Assembly (NCBI RefSeq): GCF_050920415.1
Contig: NZ_CP169309.1
From: Escherichia coli
Lineage (GTDB): Bacteria > Pseudomonadota > Gammaproteobacteria > Enterobacterales > Enterobacteriaceae
DNA: 64,000 nucleotides
Reading direction: 5' to 3' (one strand)
The notes below the pieces were generated by a model. That model saw only the letters and a program-made list of their open reading frames with translations. It was not told where the DNA came from and did no database searches. The translations under genes and the position numbers were made by a program. This document shows, in pieces, positions 1 through 9,048 of this stretch. Every line of letters starts with the position of its first letter. Positions within the stretch are counted from its first letter, which is position 1.

Positions 1-594
1 TACCGTTGAGTATTTTTTAATAAATGACTCTGCCAGCGGAATAATATCGTTCAGGCGTTCACGCAGTGGCGGCATGGTAATAGGGATAACCGCCAGACGA
101 TAATAGAGATCTTCACGAAAACGTCCGGCGGCAACTTCCTGCTCCAGGTTTTTATTGGTGCAGGCAATCAGGCGAAAATTGAGTTTGATTTGTCGGTTGC
201 TGCCTAATCGCTCAACCTGTTGTTCCTGCAACACGCATAATATTTTGGCCTGTAGCGCCAGCGGCATTTCACCAATTTCATCGAGTAATAAGGTGCCGTT
301 ATTTGCCAGTTCCATTTTTCCTGGCACGCTGGCAATTGCGCCGGTAAATGCACCTTTGTCGTAGCCAAATAACGTCGATTCCAGCATATTTTCCGGGATC
401 GCCGCGCAGTTCACGCCGATATAGGGCGCATTATCATTTTCACCAAAGGCTACGGTGTGAATATATTTCGCCACGCACTCTTTCCCCGCGCCGGTTTCGC
501 CCTGAATCAGGACCGGCACGTTAAAGGCGGCGACACGCTTTGCCAGAGTAAAAGCGTTTATGCTGGAGGCGGCAGATGCAATAAGTTCAGACAT
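1..594 (-). CDS. lafK: Sigma-54-dependent transcriptional activator, partial (runs off window start); begins directly at the AAA+ domain with no receiver domain
   Basis: Minus-strand ATG at 594-592, open to position 1. My translation begins MSELIASAASSINAFTLAKRVAAFNVPVLIQGETGAGKE and contains GAFTGA, both typical of the sigma-54 activator AAA+ domain. Upstream in-frame stop at 672-670 with no other start codon. Divergent from lfiM as in lateral flagellar loci. Confidence 0.6.
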   Translation of the reverse strand, partial: MSELIASAASSINAFTLAKRVAAFNVPVLIQGETGAGKECVAKYIHTVAFGENDNAPYIGVNCAAIPENMLESTLFGYDKGAFTGAIASVPGKMELANNGTLLLDEIGEMPLALQAKILCVLQEQQVERLGSNRQIKLNFRLIACTNKNLEQEVAAGRFREDLYYRLAVIPITMPPLRERLNDIIPLAESFIKKYSTV

Positions 595-720
595 AGGGTG
601 AACAATATAAGTAGCGACAATAATCAGGATGTTCTGAAGCGTATCACCGGCGGGATTAACAAGTTTGAATTAAACGATAATAAAAATATTATTTCATTTT
701 AAACAATGAGTTAGAGTCGT

Positions 721-812
721 ATGGCGGATAAGGTTTTTACGCCGCATCCGGCAATTGTGCACCGGTGCCTGATGCGACGCTGCGCGTCTTATCAGGCCTA
801 CAGGGCGTGCAA
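721..812. repeat. REP/BIME-type extragenic palindromic repeats in the lafK-lfiM intergenic region
   Basis: gccgcatccggca and gcctgatgcgacgctgcgcgtcttatcaggcctaca resemble E. coli REP units. Confidence 0.5.
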
Positions 813-980
813 TGTTTTATGACGATGCCCGATATCTCACCCTTTAATAATTTAATTATTTTTTCACCCTATTAATAATTTGCCCCTTTCACGCCCCGTC
901 TATTTAATACCTCACCTTGTGTCACTGCCGGAATTGCGTGCACAAAAACGCCCATACCATTACAGCAGAGAAAGTAAGCC

Positions 981-1832
981 ATGCTGAAGTACAGTAAAAC
1001 GCCAGGCATCTTTAAATTAGAAGGTAATCGGCTCGGACGCCCCTACCATCGCCTGCCGACCCTGTTTACGGGGAATTTTGACGTGATTGATTCGCATCTC
1101 GGCAGCTACTTTCTCAAAAAGCATCGCAGCAATATCACTTTAAAAAAGATTGGCTGCGAAATGGATATTATTAATAAAAACGCCGAGTTGATGGTTTCCC
1201 AAGTCGGGCATCTGGCATTTGATATCGATCGCTCCTTATTGTTAATGCTGCTGGGCAATTTTTATGGTCTGGAGTCTTCTCTTGAAGAGGCAAAAGCCCA
1301 TAATGGCCTGCCGACCAAAACCGAAACACGATTAAAGAACCGACTCGCGCTGGATATCTGCACGCTGATATTTAATCTGCAAACCTCCGGTATTGCGCTG
1401 AAATTAAAGCTGGACAGCAGCACGGTAATTACCCACTGGGCGTATCAATTAACCTTTACCCTCGCGGGCGATGAAGAGAGCCGTTTTCGTATTTTGCTCG
1501 ACGATGCCCACACCGATTTTATTTTAAATCTGATCCGCCACAGTGAGCACAGTAAACCGCAGCAGGTGGCGAAATCCGTCAACAAGCCGGCACTGATTAA
1601 AGAGATCATCCGCTCTCTGCCGTTGACCCTGAACGTCAAAATCGCCGAGCTGTCGATGAATGTTGCCGATCTGGCGCAGATAAAAGCCGGAGATATTTTA
1701 CCCATCTCGCTGGGAGAAACGTTCCCGGTGGCGATTGGGCAATCTGAATTATTTAGCGCCCTGATTGTGGAAGACAAAGACAAACTGTTTTTGTCGGAGC
1801 TGGCGGGCAAAAATGAGAATAGCCATGAGTAA
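981..1832 (+). CDS. lfiM: Lateral flagellar motor switch protein, FliM-like
   Basis: 283-aa ORF, first gene of a fliMNPQR-flhBA-ordered operon; short FliM-like length. Confidence 0.6.
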   Translation: MLKYSKTPGIFKLEGNRLGRPYHRLPTLFTGNFDVIDSHLGSYFLKKHRSNITLKKIGCEMDIINKNAELMVSQVGHLAFDIDRSLLLMLLGNFYGLESSLEEAKAHNGLPTKTETRLKNRLALDICTLIFNLQTSGIALKLKLDSSTVITHWAYQLTFTLAGDEESRFRILLDDAHTDFILNLIRHSEHSKPQQVAKSVNKPALIKEIIRSLPLTLNVKIAELSMNVADLAQIKAGDILPISLGETFPVAIGQSELFSALIVEDKDKLFLSELAGKNENSHE

Positions 1833-2196
1833 GCAAGAAGATATTTTAACCGGGGATTTTGGCCTCACCGATGACGTTGCGCCTGTCACGAAACCCGCCG
1901 ACGCCGACACGCTGGTCACTCGCCTGGAAGACCGCTTTTCCGACTCGATGACGCTGCTGAAACGCATTCCGGTGACCTTAACGCTGGAAGTGTCGTCGGT
2001 GGAAATCATGTTAGCCGACCTGCTGAACATCGACGACGACACGGTGATTGAGCTGGATAAACTCGCCGGGGAGCCACTGGATATCAAAGTGAACAATATC
2101 CTGCTGGGCAAAGCGGAAGTGGTAGTGGTCAACGAGAAGTACGGCCTGCGCGTGCTGGAGTTTAACACCCGCGATATCAACGACCTGGCACCATGA
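1825..2196 (+). CDS. lfiN: Lateral flagellar motor switch protein, FliN-like
   Basis: ATG at 1825 (MSKQEDIL...), overlaps lfiM end; C-terminal ...VNNILLGKAEVVVVNEKYGLRVLEF resembles the FliN/SpoA domain. Confidence 0.7.
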   Translation: MSKQEDILTGDFGLTDDVAPVTKPADADTLVTRLEDRFSDSMTLLKRIPVTLTLEVSSVEIMLADLLNIDDDTVIELDKLAGEPLDIKVNNILLGKAEVVVVNEKYGLRVLEFNTRDINDLAP

Positions 2197-2945
2197 AACG
2201 CCGCGCTCAACTGACGCTGGGCCTGGCGCTGCTGGCGCTCGCGCCGCTGGCAATCGCCCAGGGCGGTGATATTGCGCTGCTTAACGTGGTCACTCATGGC
2301 AACACTCAGGAATACAGCGTCAAAATCCAGGTTCTGATTCTGATGACCCTCGTCGGTTTGTTGCCGACGATGGTGCTGATGATGACCTGCTTTACGCGCT
2401 TTATTATCGTGCTTTCACTACTGCGCCAGGCGCTGGGGCTGCAACAAACGCCGCCAAACCGCATTCTGATTGGCATTGCGCTCTCCCTCACCCTGCTGGT
2501 GATGCGCCCTGTCTGGCTGAATATTTACGACCACGCGGTGGTGCCGTTCGAAAACGATCAGATTACCCTGACCGATGCGCTAAGCACCGCCGCGACGCCG
2601 CTGAAACGCTTTATGCTGGCGCAGACCGACAAAAAAGCGATGGCGCAAATCATGACCATCGGTGGCGCGAAGGGCAATGCCGCCGACCAGGATCTCTCCA
2701 TCGTGGTGCCCGCCTATGTGCTGAGCGAGCTGAAAACCGCTTTCCAGATTGGCTTTATGATTTACATCCCGTTTCTGGTTATCGACCTGATTGTCGCCAG
2801 CGTATTGATGGCGATGGGGATGATGATGCTGTCGCCGCTGATCGTTTCGCTGCCGTTTAAACTGATGCTGTTTGTGCTGATCGACGGCTGGTCGCTGACC
2901 ATCGGCACGCTCACCACCAGCATTCGCGGGCTGGGGCTGGGCTGA
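2193..2945 (+). CDS. lfiP: Flagellar export apparatus protein, FliP-like
   Basis: 250 aa, signal peptide and multi-TM FliP-like sequence; start overlaps lfiN stop. Confidence 0.8.
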   Translation: MKRRAQLTLGLALLALAPLAIAQGGDIALLNVVTHGNTQEYSVKIQVLILMTLVGLLPTMVLMMTCFTRFIIVLSLLRQALGLQQTPPNRILIGIALSLTLLVMRPVWLNIYDHAVVPFENDQITLTDALSTAATPLKRFMLAQTDKKAMAQIMTIGGAKGNAADQDLSIVVPAYVLSELKTAFQIGFMIYIPFLVIDLIVASVLMAMGMMMLSPLIVSLPFKLMLFVLIDGWSLTIGTLTTSIRGLGLG

Positions 2946-2947
2946 TT

Positions 2948-3220
2948 ATGTTGACCGTAGACGTAGCCGCCGACATTGTCGCCAGCGGCATTAAAGTAGT
3001 GATTTTGCTGGTTTCGGTACTGGTGGTGCCAAGCCTGCTCGTTGGCCTGCTGGTGAGCGTGTTCCAGGCAGTGACGCAGATTAATGAGCAGACACTGAGC
3101 TTTTTACCGAGGCTGATTGTCACGCTGGTGGTGCTGGGGGTGTGCGGTAAATGGATGATTATCCAGTTGCATGATCTCTGCATTCATCTGTTTACCCAGG
3201 CCGCGTTGCTGGTGCATTAA
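2948..3220 (+). CDS. lfiQ: Flagellar export apparatus protein, FliQ-like
   Basis: 90-aa two-TM protein immediately after fliP-like gene. Confidence 0.8.
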   Translation: MLTVDVAADIVASGIKVVILLVSVLVVPSLLVGLLVSVFQAVTQINEQTLSFLPRLIVTLVVLGVCGKWMIIQLHDLCIHLFTQAALLVH

Positions 3221-3221
3221 G

Positions 3222-4004
3222 ATGCGCACAAGCGACGTTACGCAACTGATGGATCTGGCGCTGGGGCTGTGGTTTCCCTTCGTGCGCATTATGGCGTTTC
3301 TGCGCTATGTGCCGGTGCTGGATAACAGCGCCCTGACCGTGCGCGTGCGGATTATTTTGTCGCTGGCGCTGGCAATCATCATCACGCCGTTGATCCCCCA
3401 TCCCATTCCCCACGACCTGCTTTCGCTCAATAGCCTGATCCTGACGGTGGAGCAAATTTTATGGGGCATGTTATTCGGGCTGATTTTTCAGTTCCTGTTT
3501 CTGGCGCTACAGCTGGCCGGGCAAATTCTCTCGTTCAATATGGGGATGAGCATGGCGGTGATGAACGACCCGAGCAGCGGCGCATCGACCACCGTACTGG
3601 CGGAGCTAATCAACGTTTACGCGATCCTGCTGTTTTTTGCCATGGACGGGCATCTGCTGCTGGTGAGCGTGTTGTACAAGGGCTTCACCTACTGGCCGAT
3701 TGGCAACGCCCTGCATCCGCAAACCCTGCGCACCATCGCGCTGGCCTTTAGCTGGGTGCTGGCGTCGGCATCGCTGCTTGCGCTGCCGACCACTTTTATC
3801 ATGCTGATTGTGCAGGGCTGCTTTGGCCTGCTCAACCGCATTGCGCCGCCGCTGAATCTCTTTTCACTTGGCTTTCCCATCAACATGCTGGCAGGGCTGG
3901 TCTGTTTTGCCACCCTGCTCTACAACCTGCCGGATCACTATCTGCATCTGGCGAATTTTGTGTTGCAGCAGCTCGACGCGCTGAAAGGTCACTATGGCGG
4001 ATAG
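3222..4004 (+). CDS. lfiR: Flagellar export apparatus protein, FliR-like
   Basis: ATG at 3222 (MRTSDVTQL...), polytopic membrane protein of about 260 aa in FliR position. Confidence 0.75.
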   Translation: MRTSDVTQLMDLALGLWFPFVRIMAFLRYVPVLDNSALTVRVRIILSLALAIIITPLIPHPIPHDLLSLNSLILTVEQILWGMLFGLIFQFLFLALQLAGQILSFNMGMSMAVMNDPSSGASTTVLAELINVYAILLFFAMDGHLLLVSVLYKGFTYWPIGNALHPQTLRTIALAFSWVLASASLLALPTTFIMLIVQGCFGLLNRIAPPLNLFSLGFPINMLAGLVCFATLLYNLPDHYLHLANFVLQQLDALKGHYGG

Positions 4005-5133
4005 CAGCAGCGAAGAAAAAACAGAGAAACCTTCGGCGCAAAAGCTGCGTAAAGCGCGTGAAGAGGGACAACTGCCGCGCTCGAAGGATATGGGGCTGGC
4101 GGCGAGCCTGTTTGCGGCGTTTGTGGTGATCTCCAGCAGCTTCCCGTGGTATGCCGATTTTGTACGCGAGAGTTTTATCAGCGTGCATCAGTACGCGCAG
4201 GAGATTAATAACCCGGACGTTATCGGCCAGTTTCTGCGCCATCACCTGTTAATTCTCGGCAAGTTTATTCTCACCTTGCTGCCGATGCCCGCCGCCGCAC
4301 TGCTCTCCTCACTGGTGCCTGGCGGCTGGCTGTTCTTGCCGAAAAAAATCCTCCCGGATTTCAGCAAAATCAGTCCGTTAAAAGGCATTGGACGGCTGTT
4401 CTCCAGTGAACATCTTGCGGAAACAGGCAAGATGACGGCGAAGTCGGTGGTGGTGCTGGTGATGCTGTGGATTAGCCTGCGCAATAACTTTGCCGCCTTT
4501 CTCGGCCTGCAGGCGCTGCCGTTCAAACTGGCGATGAATGAGGGTTTGTCGCTCTACGCCAGCGTGATGCGCAACTTTGTCATCCTGTTTATTTTCTTCG
4601 CGCTTATCGACGTGCCGCTGGCGAAAGCCCTGTTCACCAAAGGGCTGAAGATGACTAAGCAGGAGCTGAAAGAAGAGTACAAAAATCAGGAGGGCAAGCC
4701 GGAAGTGAAAGCGCGTGTGCGGCGGCTGCAACGGCAGCTGGCGATGGGGCAAATCCGCAAAGTGGTGCCGAAAGCCAACGTGGTGATCACCAACCCGACC
4801 CACTACGCCGTGGCGTTGCAGTATGACCAGTCGCGCGCCGCCGCGCCGTTTGTAGTGGCAAAAGGTACCGATGAAATCGCCCTCTATATTCGTCAGGTCG
4901 CCACTGAAAATCAGGTGGAAGTGGTCGAGTTCCCGCGGCTGGCGCGCTCGGTTTACTACACCACCCAGGTGAACCAACAAATTCCGTTTCAGCTTTACCG
5001 GGCCATCGCCCACGTTCTGACCTACGTCCTGCAAATGAAACACTGGCGCGAGGGCGCACAGCCGCGCCCGGCCCTGAACAGACATATTTCCATTCCCAAA
5101 GAGGTGCTTAAACTGGATGGCGAAAACAACTAA
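3994..5133 (+). CDS. lfhB: Flagellar export switch protein, FlhB-like
   Basis: 379 aa, N-terminal TM region and FlhB-like C-terminal domain (...NPTHYAVAL...). Confidence 0.85.
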   Translation: MADSSSEEKTEKPSAQKLRKAREEGQLPRSKDMGLAASLFAAFVVISSSFPWYADFVRESFISVHQYAQEINNPDVIGQFLRHHLLILGKFILTLLPMPAAALLSSLVPGGWLFLPKKILPDFSKISPLKGIGRLFSSEHLAETGKMTAKSVVVLVMLWISLRNNFAAFLGLQALPFKLAMNEGLSLYASVMRNFVILFIFFALIDVPLAKALFTKGLKMTKQELKEEYKNQEGKPEVKARVRRLQRQLAMGQIRKVVPKANVVITNPTHYAVALQYDQSRAAAPFVVAKGTDEIALYIRQVATENQVEVVEFPRLARSVYYTTQVNQQIPFQLYRAIAHVLTYVLQMKHWREGAQPRPALNRHISIPKEVLKLDGENN

Positions 5134-7210
5134 ATCGTTCCTCGCGCTGCTGCGCGGCGGTAATCTCGGCGTACCGCTGGTGATCCTGTGTATTCTGGCG
5201 ATGGTTATTCTGCCGCTGCCACCTGCGCTGCTGGATATTCTGTTCACCTTCAACATTGTGCTGGCGGTGATGGTGCTGCTGGTGGCGGTGTCGGCGAAAC
5301 GACCGCTGGAATTCAGCCTGTTCCCGACCATTTTGCTGATCACCACCTTAATGCGCCTGACGCTCAACGTTGCTTCTACGCGCGTGGTGCTGCTGCACGG
5401 GCATCTCGGCGCGGGCGCGGCGGGTAAGGTGATTGAGTCGTTTGGTCAGGTGGTGATTGGCGGCAACTTTGTCGTCGGTTTCGTGGTGTTTATCATCCTG
5501 ATGATCATCAACTTTATCGTCGTCACCAAAGGGGCCGAGCGTATTTCCGAGGTTTCTGCCCGCTTTACCCTGGACGCGATGCCCGGCAAACAGATGGCGA
5601 TTGACGCCGATCTTAACGCCGGGTTGATCAACCAGGCGCAGGCGCAGACCCGCCGCAAAGATGTTGCCAGCGAGGCCGATTTCTACGGCGCAATGGACGG
5701 GGCATCGAAATTTGTGCGCGGGGATGCCATCGCCGGGATGATGATTCTGGCGATCAACCTGATTGGCGGCGTTTGTATCGGGATCTTCAAATACAACCTG
5801 AGCGCCAATGCCGCCTTCCAGCAGTATGTCCTGATGACCATTGGTGACGGGCTGGTAGCGCAGATCCCTTCCCTGCTGCTCTCTACCGCGGCAGCGATTA
5901 TCGTCACCCGCGTCAGCGACAACGGCGATATCGCCCATGATGTGCGCCACCAGCTGCTGGCAAGCCCGTCGGTGCTCTACACCGCCACCGGGATTATGTT
6001 CGTGCTGGCGGTGGTGCCGGGAATGCCGCACTTCCCGTTCCTGATGTTCAGCGCCCTGCTTGGTTTTACCGGCTGGCGAATGAGCAAACGCCCGCAGGCG
6101 GCGGAGGCGGAAGAGAAAAGCCTCGAAACGCTGACCCGCACCATCACCGAAACCAGCGAGCAACAGGTCAGTTGGGAAACCATTCCGCTGATCGAGCCCA
6201 TTAGTTTAAGCCTCGGTTACAAGCTGGTGGCGCTGGTGGACAAAGCGCAGGGTAATCCGCTCACCCAGCGGATTCGCGGCGTGCGGCAGGTGATTTCCGA
6301 CGGCAACGGCGTGCTGCTGCCGGAGATCCGCATTCGGGAAAATTTCCGCCTCAAGCCCAGCCAGTACGCCATTTTCATCAACGGCATTAAGGCTGATGAA
6401 GCGGATATTCCGGCGGATAAGCTGATGGCTCTGCCCTCCAGCGAAACCTACGGCGAGATTGACGGCGTGCTGGGGAACGACCCGGCGTATGGGATGCCGG
6501 TGACCTGGATTCAGCCCGCGCAGAAGGCGAAGGCGCTGAATATGGGGTATCAGGTGATCGACAGCGCCAGCGTAATTGCCACACATGTGAATAAGATTGT
6601 GCGCAGCTATATTCCTGATTTGTTTAACTATGACGATATTACTCAGCTGCATAACCGTTTGTCGTCGATGGCACCGCGCCTGGCGGAGGATTTGAGTGCG
6701 GCGCTGAATTACAGCCAGTTGCTGAAAGTGTACCGGGCACTGCTGACCGAAGGCGTTTCCCTGCGCGATATCGTCACCATCGCCACCGTGCTGGTCGCCA
6801 GTAGTACCGTCACCAAAGATCATATTCTGCTGGCGGCCGATGTGCGCCTGGCACTGCGGCGCAGCATTACCCATCCGTTCGTTCGCAAGCAGGAGCTGAC
6901 GGTGTATACGCTGAATAATGAGCTGGAAAACCTGCTGACCAACGTGGTGAATCAGGCGCAACAGGCTGGCAAAGTGATGCTCGATAGCGTGCCGGTGGAC
7001 CCGAATATGCTCAACCAGTTCCAGAACACGATGCCGCAGGTGAAGGAGCAGATGAAAGCCGCAGGTAAAGACCCGGTGCTGCTGGTGCCGCCGCAGCTGC
7101 GCCCATTGCTGGCGCGTTATGCGAAGTTGTTTGCGCCGGGGTTGCATGTGCTGTCGTATAACGAAGTGCCGGACGAGCTGGAGTTGAAGATTATGGGGGC
7201 GTTGAGTTGA
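5117..7210 (+). CDS. lfhA: Flagellar export gate protein, FlhA-like, full length
   Basis: 697 aa with FlhA-like TM region and cytoplasmic domain; uninterrupted ORF. Confidence 0.85.
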   Translation: MAKTTKSFLALLRGGNLGVPLVILCILAMVILPLPPALLDILFTFNIVLAVMVLLVAVSAKRPLEFSLFPTILLITTLMRLTLNVASTRVVLLHGHLGAGAAGKVIESFGQVVIGGNFVVGFVVFIILMIINFIVVTKGAERISEVSARFTLDAMPGKQMAIDADLNAGLINQAQAQTRRKDVASEADFYGAMDGASKFVRGDAIAGMMILAINLIGGVCIGIFKYNLSANAAFQQYVLMTIGDGLVAQIPSLLLSTAAAIIVTRVSDNGDIAHDVRHQLLASPSVLYTATGIMFVLAVVPGMPHFPFLMFSALLGFTGWRMSKRPQAAEAEEKSLETLTRTITETSEQQVSWETIPLIEPISLSLGYKLVALVDKAQGNPLTQRIRGVRQVISDGNGVLLPEIRIRENFRLKPSQYAIFINGIKADEADIPADKLMALPSSETYGEIDGVLGNDPAYGMPVTWIQPAQKAKALNMGYQVIDSASVIATHVNKIVRSYIPDLFNYDDITQLHNRLSSMAPRLAEDLSAALNYSQLLKVYRALLTEGVSLRDIVTIATVLVASSTVTKDHILLAADVRLALRRSITHPFVRKQELTVYTLNNELENLLTNVVNQAQQAGKVMLDSVPVDPNMLNQFQNTMPQVKEQMKAAGKDPVLLVPPQLRPLLARYAKLFAPGLHVLSYNEVPDELELKIMGALS

Positions 7211-7293
7211 TTGAGGATTCTTTTCCATACTTTGCAGCACCTGACACCATTAATTGACGTCACACTGCAAAGAGACTACGATGACACCATACA

Positions 7294-7593
7294 ATGACGT
7301 CATGGATTGATAGTATGATTAAGGTCAGCGCGCTAGGCTCTCGTCATAGAAAAACATTCGACGATGTAATGACGGAGCCGCCAAAATCTGGAATTAAATG
7401 GGATGATGTTGTTGCTCTCATTAAAGCGGTGGGTGGATCAATAAAAAATAACAACGGCTCCAGACGAAAATTTCAGATTGGAACGACCAAATTCAGCACA
7501 CATGAGCCGCATCCAAAGAATGTGATGGATAAAGGCGCAGTAGCAGGTCTTAAGGAGTGGTTTGTTAACTGTGTAGGGGTAGATTATGAATAA
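7294..7593 (+). CDS. HicA-like toxin (putative mRNA interferase) with N-terminal extension; alternative start ATG 7315
   Basis: ...GGSIKNNNGSRRKFQIGTTKFSTHEPHPKNVMDKGAVAGLKEW resembles the HicA/YcfA fold pattern; overlaps the downstream antitoxin-like gene by 8 bp. Confidence 0.5.
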   Translation: MTSWIDSMIKVSALGSRHRKTFDDVMTEPPKSGIKWDDVVALIKAVGGSIKNNNGSRRKFQIGTTKFSTHEPHPKNVMDKGAVAGLKEWFVNCVGVDYE

Positions 7594-7942
7594 AGCATCG
7601 AACATTATCACAATTAAAGGTCAACCAGCCGCAGTGACATTTGAAGCCGATATCAACGCATTTCGCGGCAAGTTCCTCAATGTAAACGGTTATTGTGACT
7701 TTGTAGCCACAAGTATTGAGGCATTATATCGTGAAGGCGAAAGCGCTCTGGATGAGTGGATGGCGGATTGTGAAGAGGACGGTATTGCCCCTTTTCGTGA
7801 AGAAGAAGAGCAAAAACGCCTGACGCTTCGTGTGCCGCATCACATCGATTCGCGGCTGACCATCGTCGCCAGACAACATTCCATTTCAAAAAACCAGCTC
7901 ATTATTGATGTCTTAGAACGTGAGTTTTCAGCCCAGATGTAA
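7586..7942 (+). CDS. HicB-like antitoxin with C-terminal ribbon-helix-helix DNA-binding domain
   Basis: 118 aa; C-terminal KRLTLRVPHHIDSRLTIVARQHSISKNQLIIDVLEREF is RHH-like; N-terminal part HicB-like; translationally coupled to the upstream toxin-like ORF. Confidence 0.55.
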   Translation: MNKASNIITIKGQPAAVTFEADINAFRGKFLNVNGYCDFVATSIEALYREGESALDEWMADCEEDGIAPFREEEEQKRLTLRVPHHIDSRLTIVARQHSISKNQLIIDVLEREFSAQM

Positions 7943-7974
7943 ACAGGTCGGATGCCGCGTGGCATCCGACCTGT
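7943..7974. terminator. Perfect hairpin between convergent hicB-like gene and yafL (bidirectional terminator or REP-like)
   Basis: acaggtcggatgcc-gcgt-ggcatccgacctgt inverted repeat. Confidence 0.5.
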
Positions 7975-7998
7975 TGCCAGTTCGTCAATATTACCCAT

Positions 7999-8757
7999 TT
8001 ACAAAATCGTCTCTTCCGTCAAAATCCGCCGCGCGCCTAAAAAATGATCCTGCCAGAAAGGTTCAGCTAACCGACTTACCCGAATGGTTTCCCCGGTGCG
8101 CGGCGACTCGATAAACTGACCGTCTCCCAGATACACGCCCATATGGTCGGCAATCTCGCGGCTGTGAATATGGAAAAACAGCAAATCTCCCCGGCGCAGG
8201 TCGTTATTTGCCACAATGGTTGCCCGACGGTAGTGATACATCTCATTGGCCGTGCGCGGGAGTTTCGCCTCGAGGATCTTGTTGTAGGCATAAAAAACCA
8301 ACCCGCTACAGTCGAAGCCTTGATCGGGTCGCGTGCCACCCCAGACGTATGGCTTGCCAAGCTGCTGCTCCAGACGGTGAATCGCCACTTCGGTGATATT
8401 ATGCAGGTGGTTACTGCTGAGGAAATGATTGTTTTCCGCCAGCGCCTGCCAGCGTCTGTCACTCGCCTTGAGCGGCGCAGGAAACCATTCTGGATGCTGT
8501 TTTATCTGTTCGCGGTTGTGTTGCCGCAGTGCCCTTCTGCTTTCGGCATTGCCTTCCACAATATAGCTGGCCTGCTTTTTCAGATGAATTTGGTACTGTT
8601 TTAATAAACGCGCACGGTTTTGCATCCGCTGGCGGGCGGCGTAGCTGAAAGAGATATGTGATGTGGTGGCGCTGGCGAGTAAAGGGAGCAAAACGCATAA
8701 CGAAAACACGCCTGGATGCAGAAATCTGCCGAGCAAGAACGAAGACATGAAGGACAT
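7999..8757 (-). CDS. yafL: NlpC/P60-family peptidoglycan endopeptidase lipoprotein
   Basis: Signal peptide, ...GFDCSGLVFYAY... catalytic Cys motif and ...HMGVYLGDGQFIESP... His motif; position matches K-12 yafL. Confidence 0.85.
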   Translation of the reverse strand: MSFMSSFLLGRFLHPGVFSLCVLLPLLASATTSHISFSYAARQRMQNRARLLKQYQIHLKKQASYIVEGNAESRRALRQHNREQIKQHPEWFPAPLKASDRRWQALAENNHFLSSNHLHNITEVAIHRLEQQLGKPYVWGGTRPDQGFDCSGLVFYAYNKILEAKLPRTANEMYHYRRATIVANNDLRRGDLLFFHIHSREIADHMGVYLGDGQFIESPRTGETIRVSRLAEPFWQDHFLGARRILTEETIL

Positions 8758-9048
8758 AAACCGGCTGAATGAAGGTGAGAATTTTAAAAGACCGGAGGAG
8801 TAAACGGGATTATTAATTGCTTATTTGCATATTACTATTGAGGTTTCATAATCTTAGGAAATAAATGATACATGCGCTTTTCGGACTAATGAAAACTGCC
8901 CTTGTGCTAAATTTGTAAACCCTGCGCCGACAGGCTTGCGTAAAACTCTTTTGGTGATAATGTGAGCCTTCCAAATCCAGACTATTCCGATTTGGGATCC
9001 ATTTTGCCGTCCTGGCGTGTGTAACCGTTTTATCAAGGAATAAGCAGT

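Noticed and set aside
155-702. Plus-strand ORFs 155-364 and 457-702
   Set aside because: They lie antisense to the well-supported sigma-54 activator gene (minus strand, 1-594) and have no family resemblance; the 3' part of 457-702 is intergenic.
850-980. Possible sigma-54 (-24/-12) promoter upstream of lfiM
   Set aside because: The ...tgccggaattgcgtgc... stretch does not give a convincing GG-N10-GC match; left uncalled.
4378-7240. Long minus-strand ORFs (4378-5367, 5348-6163, 6206-7240) inside lfhB/lfhA
   Set aside because: Antisense to strongly supported flagellar export genes; His/Arg/Gln-rich low-complexity translations typical of GC-rich antisense frames.
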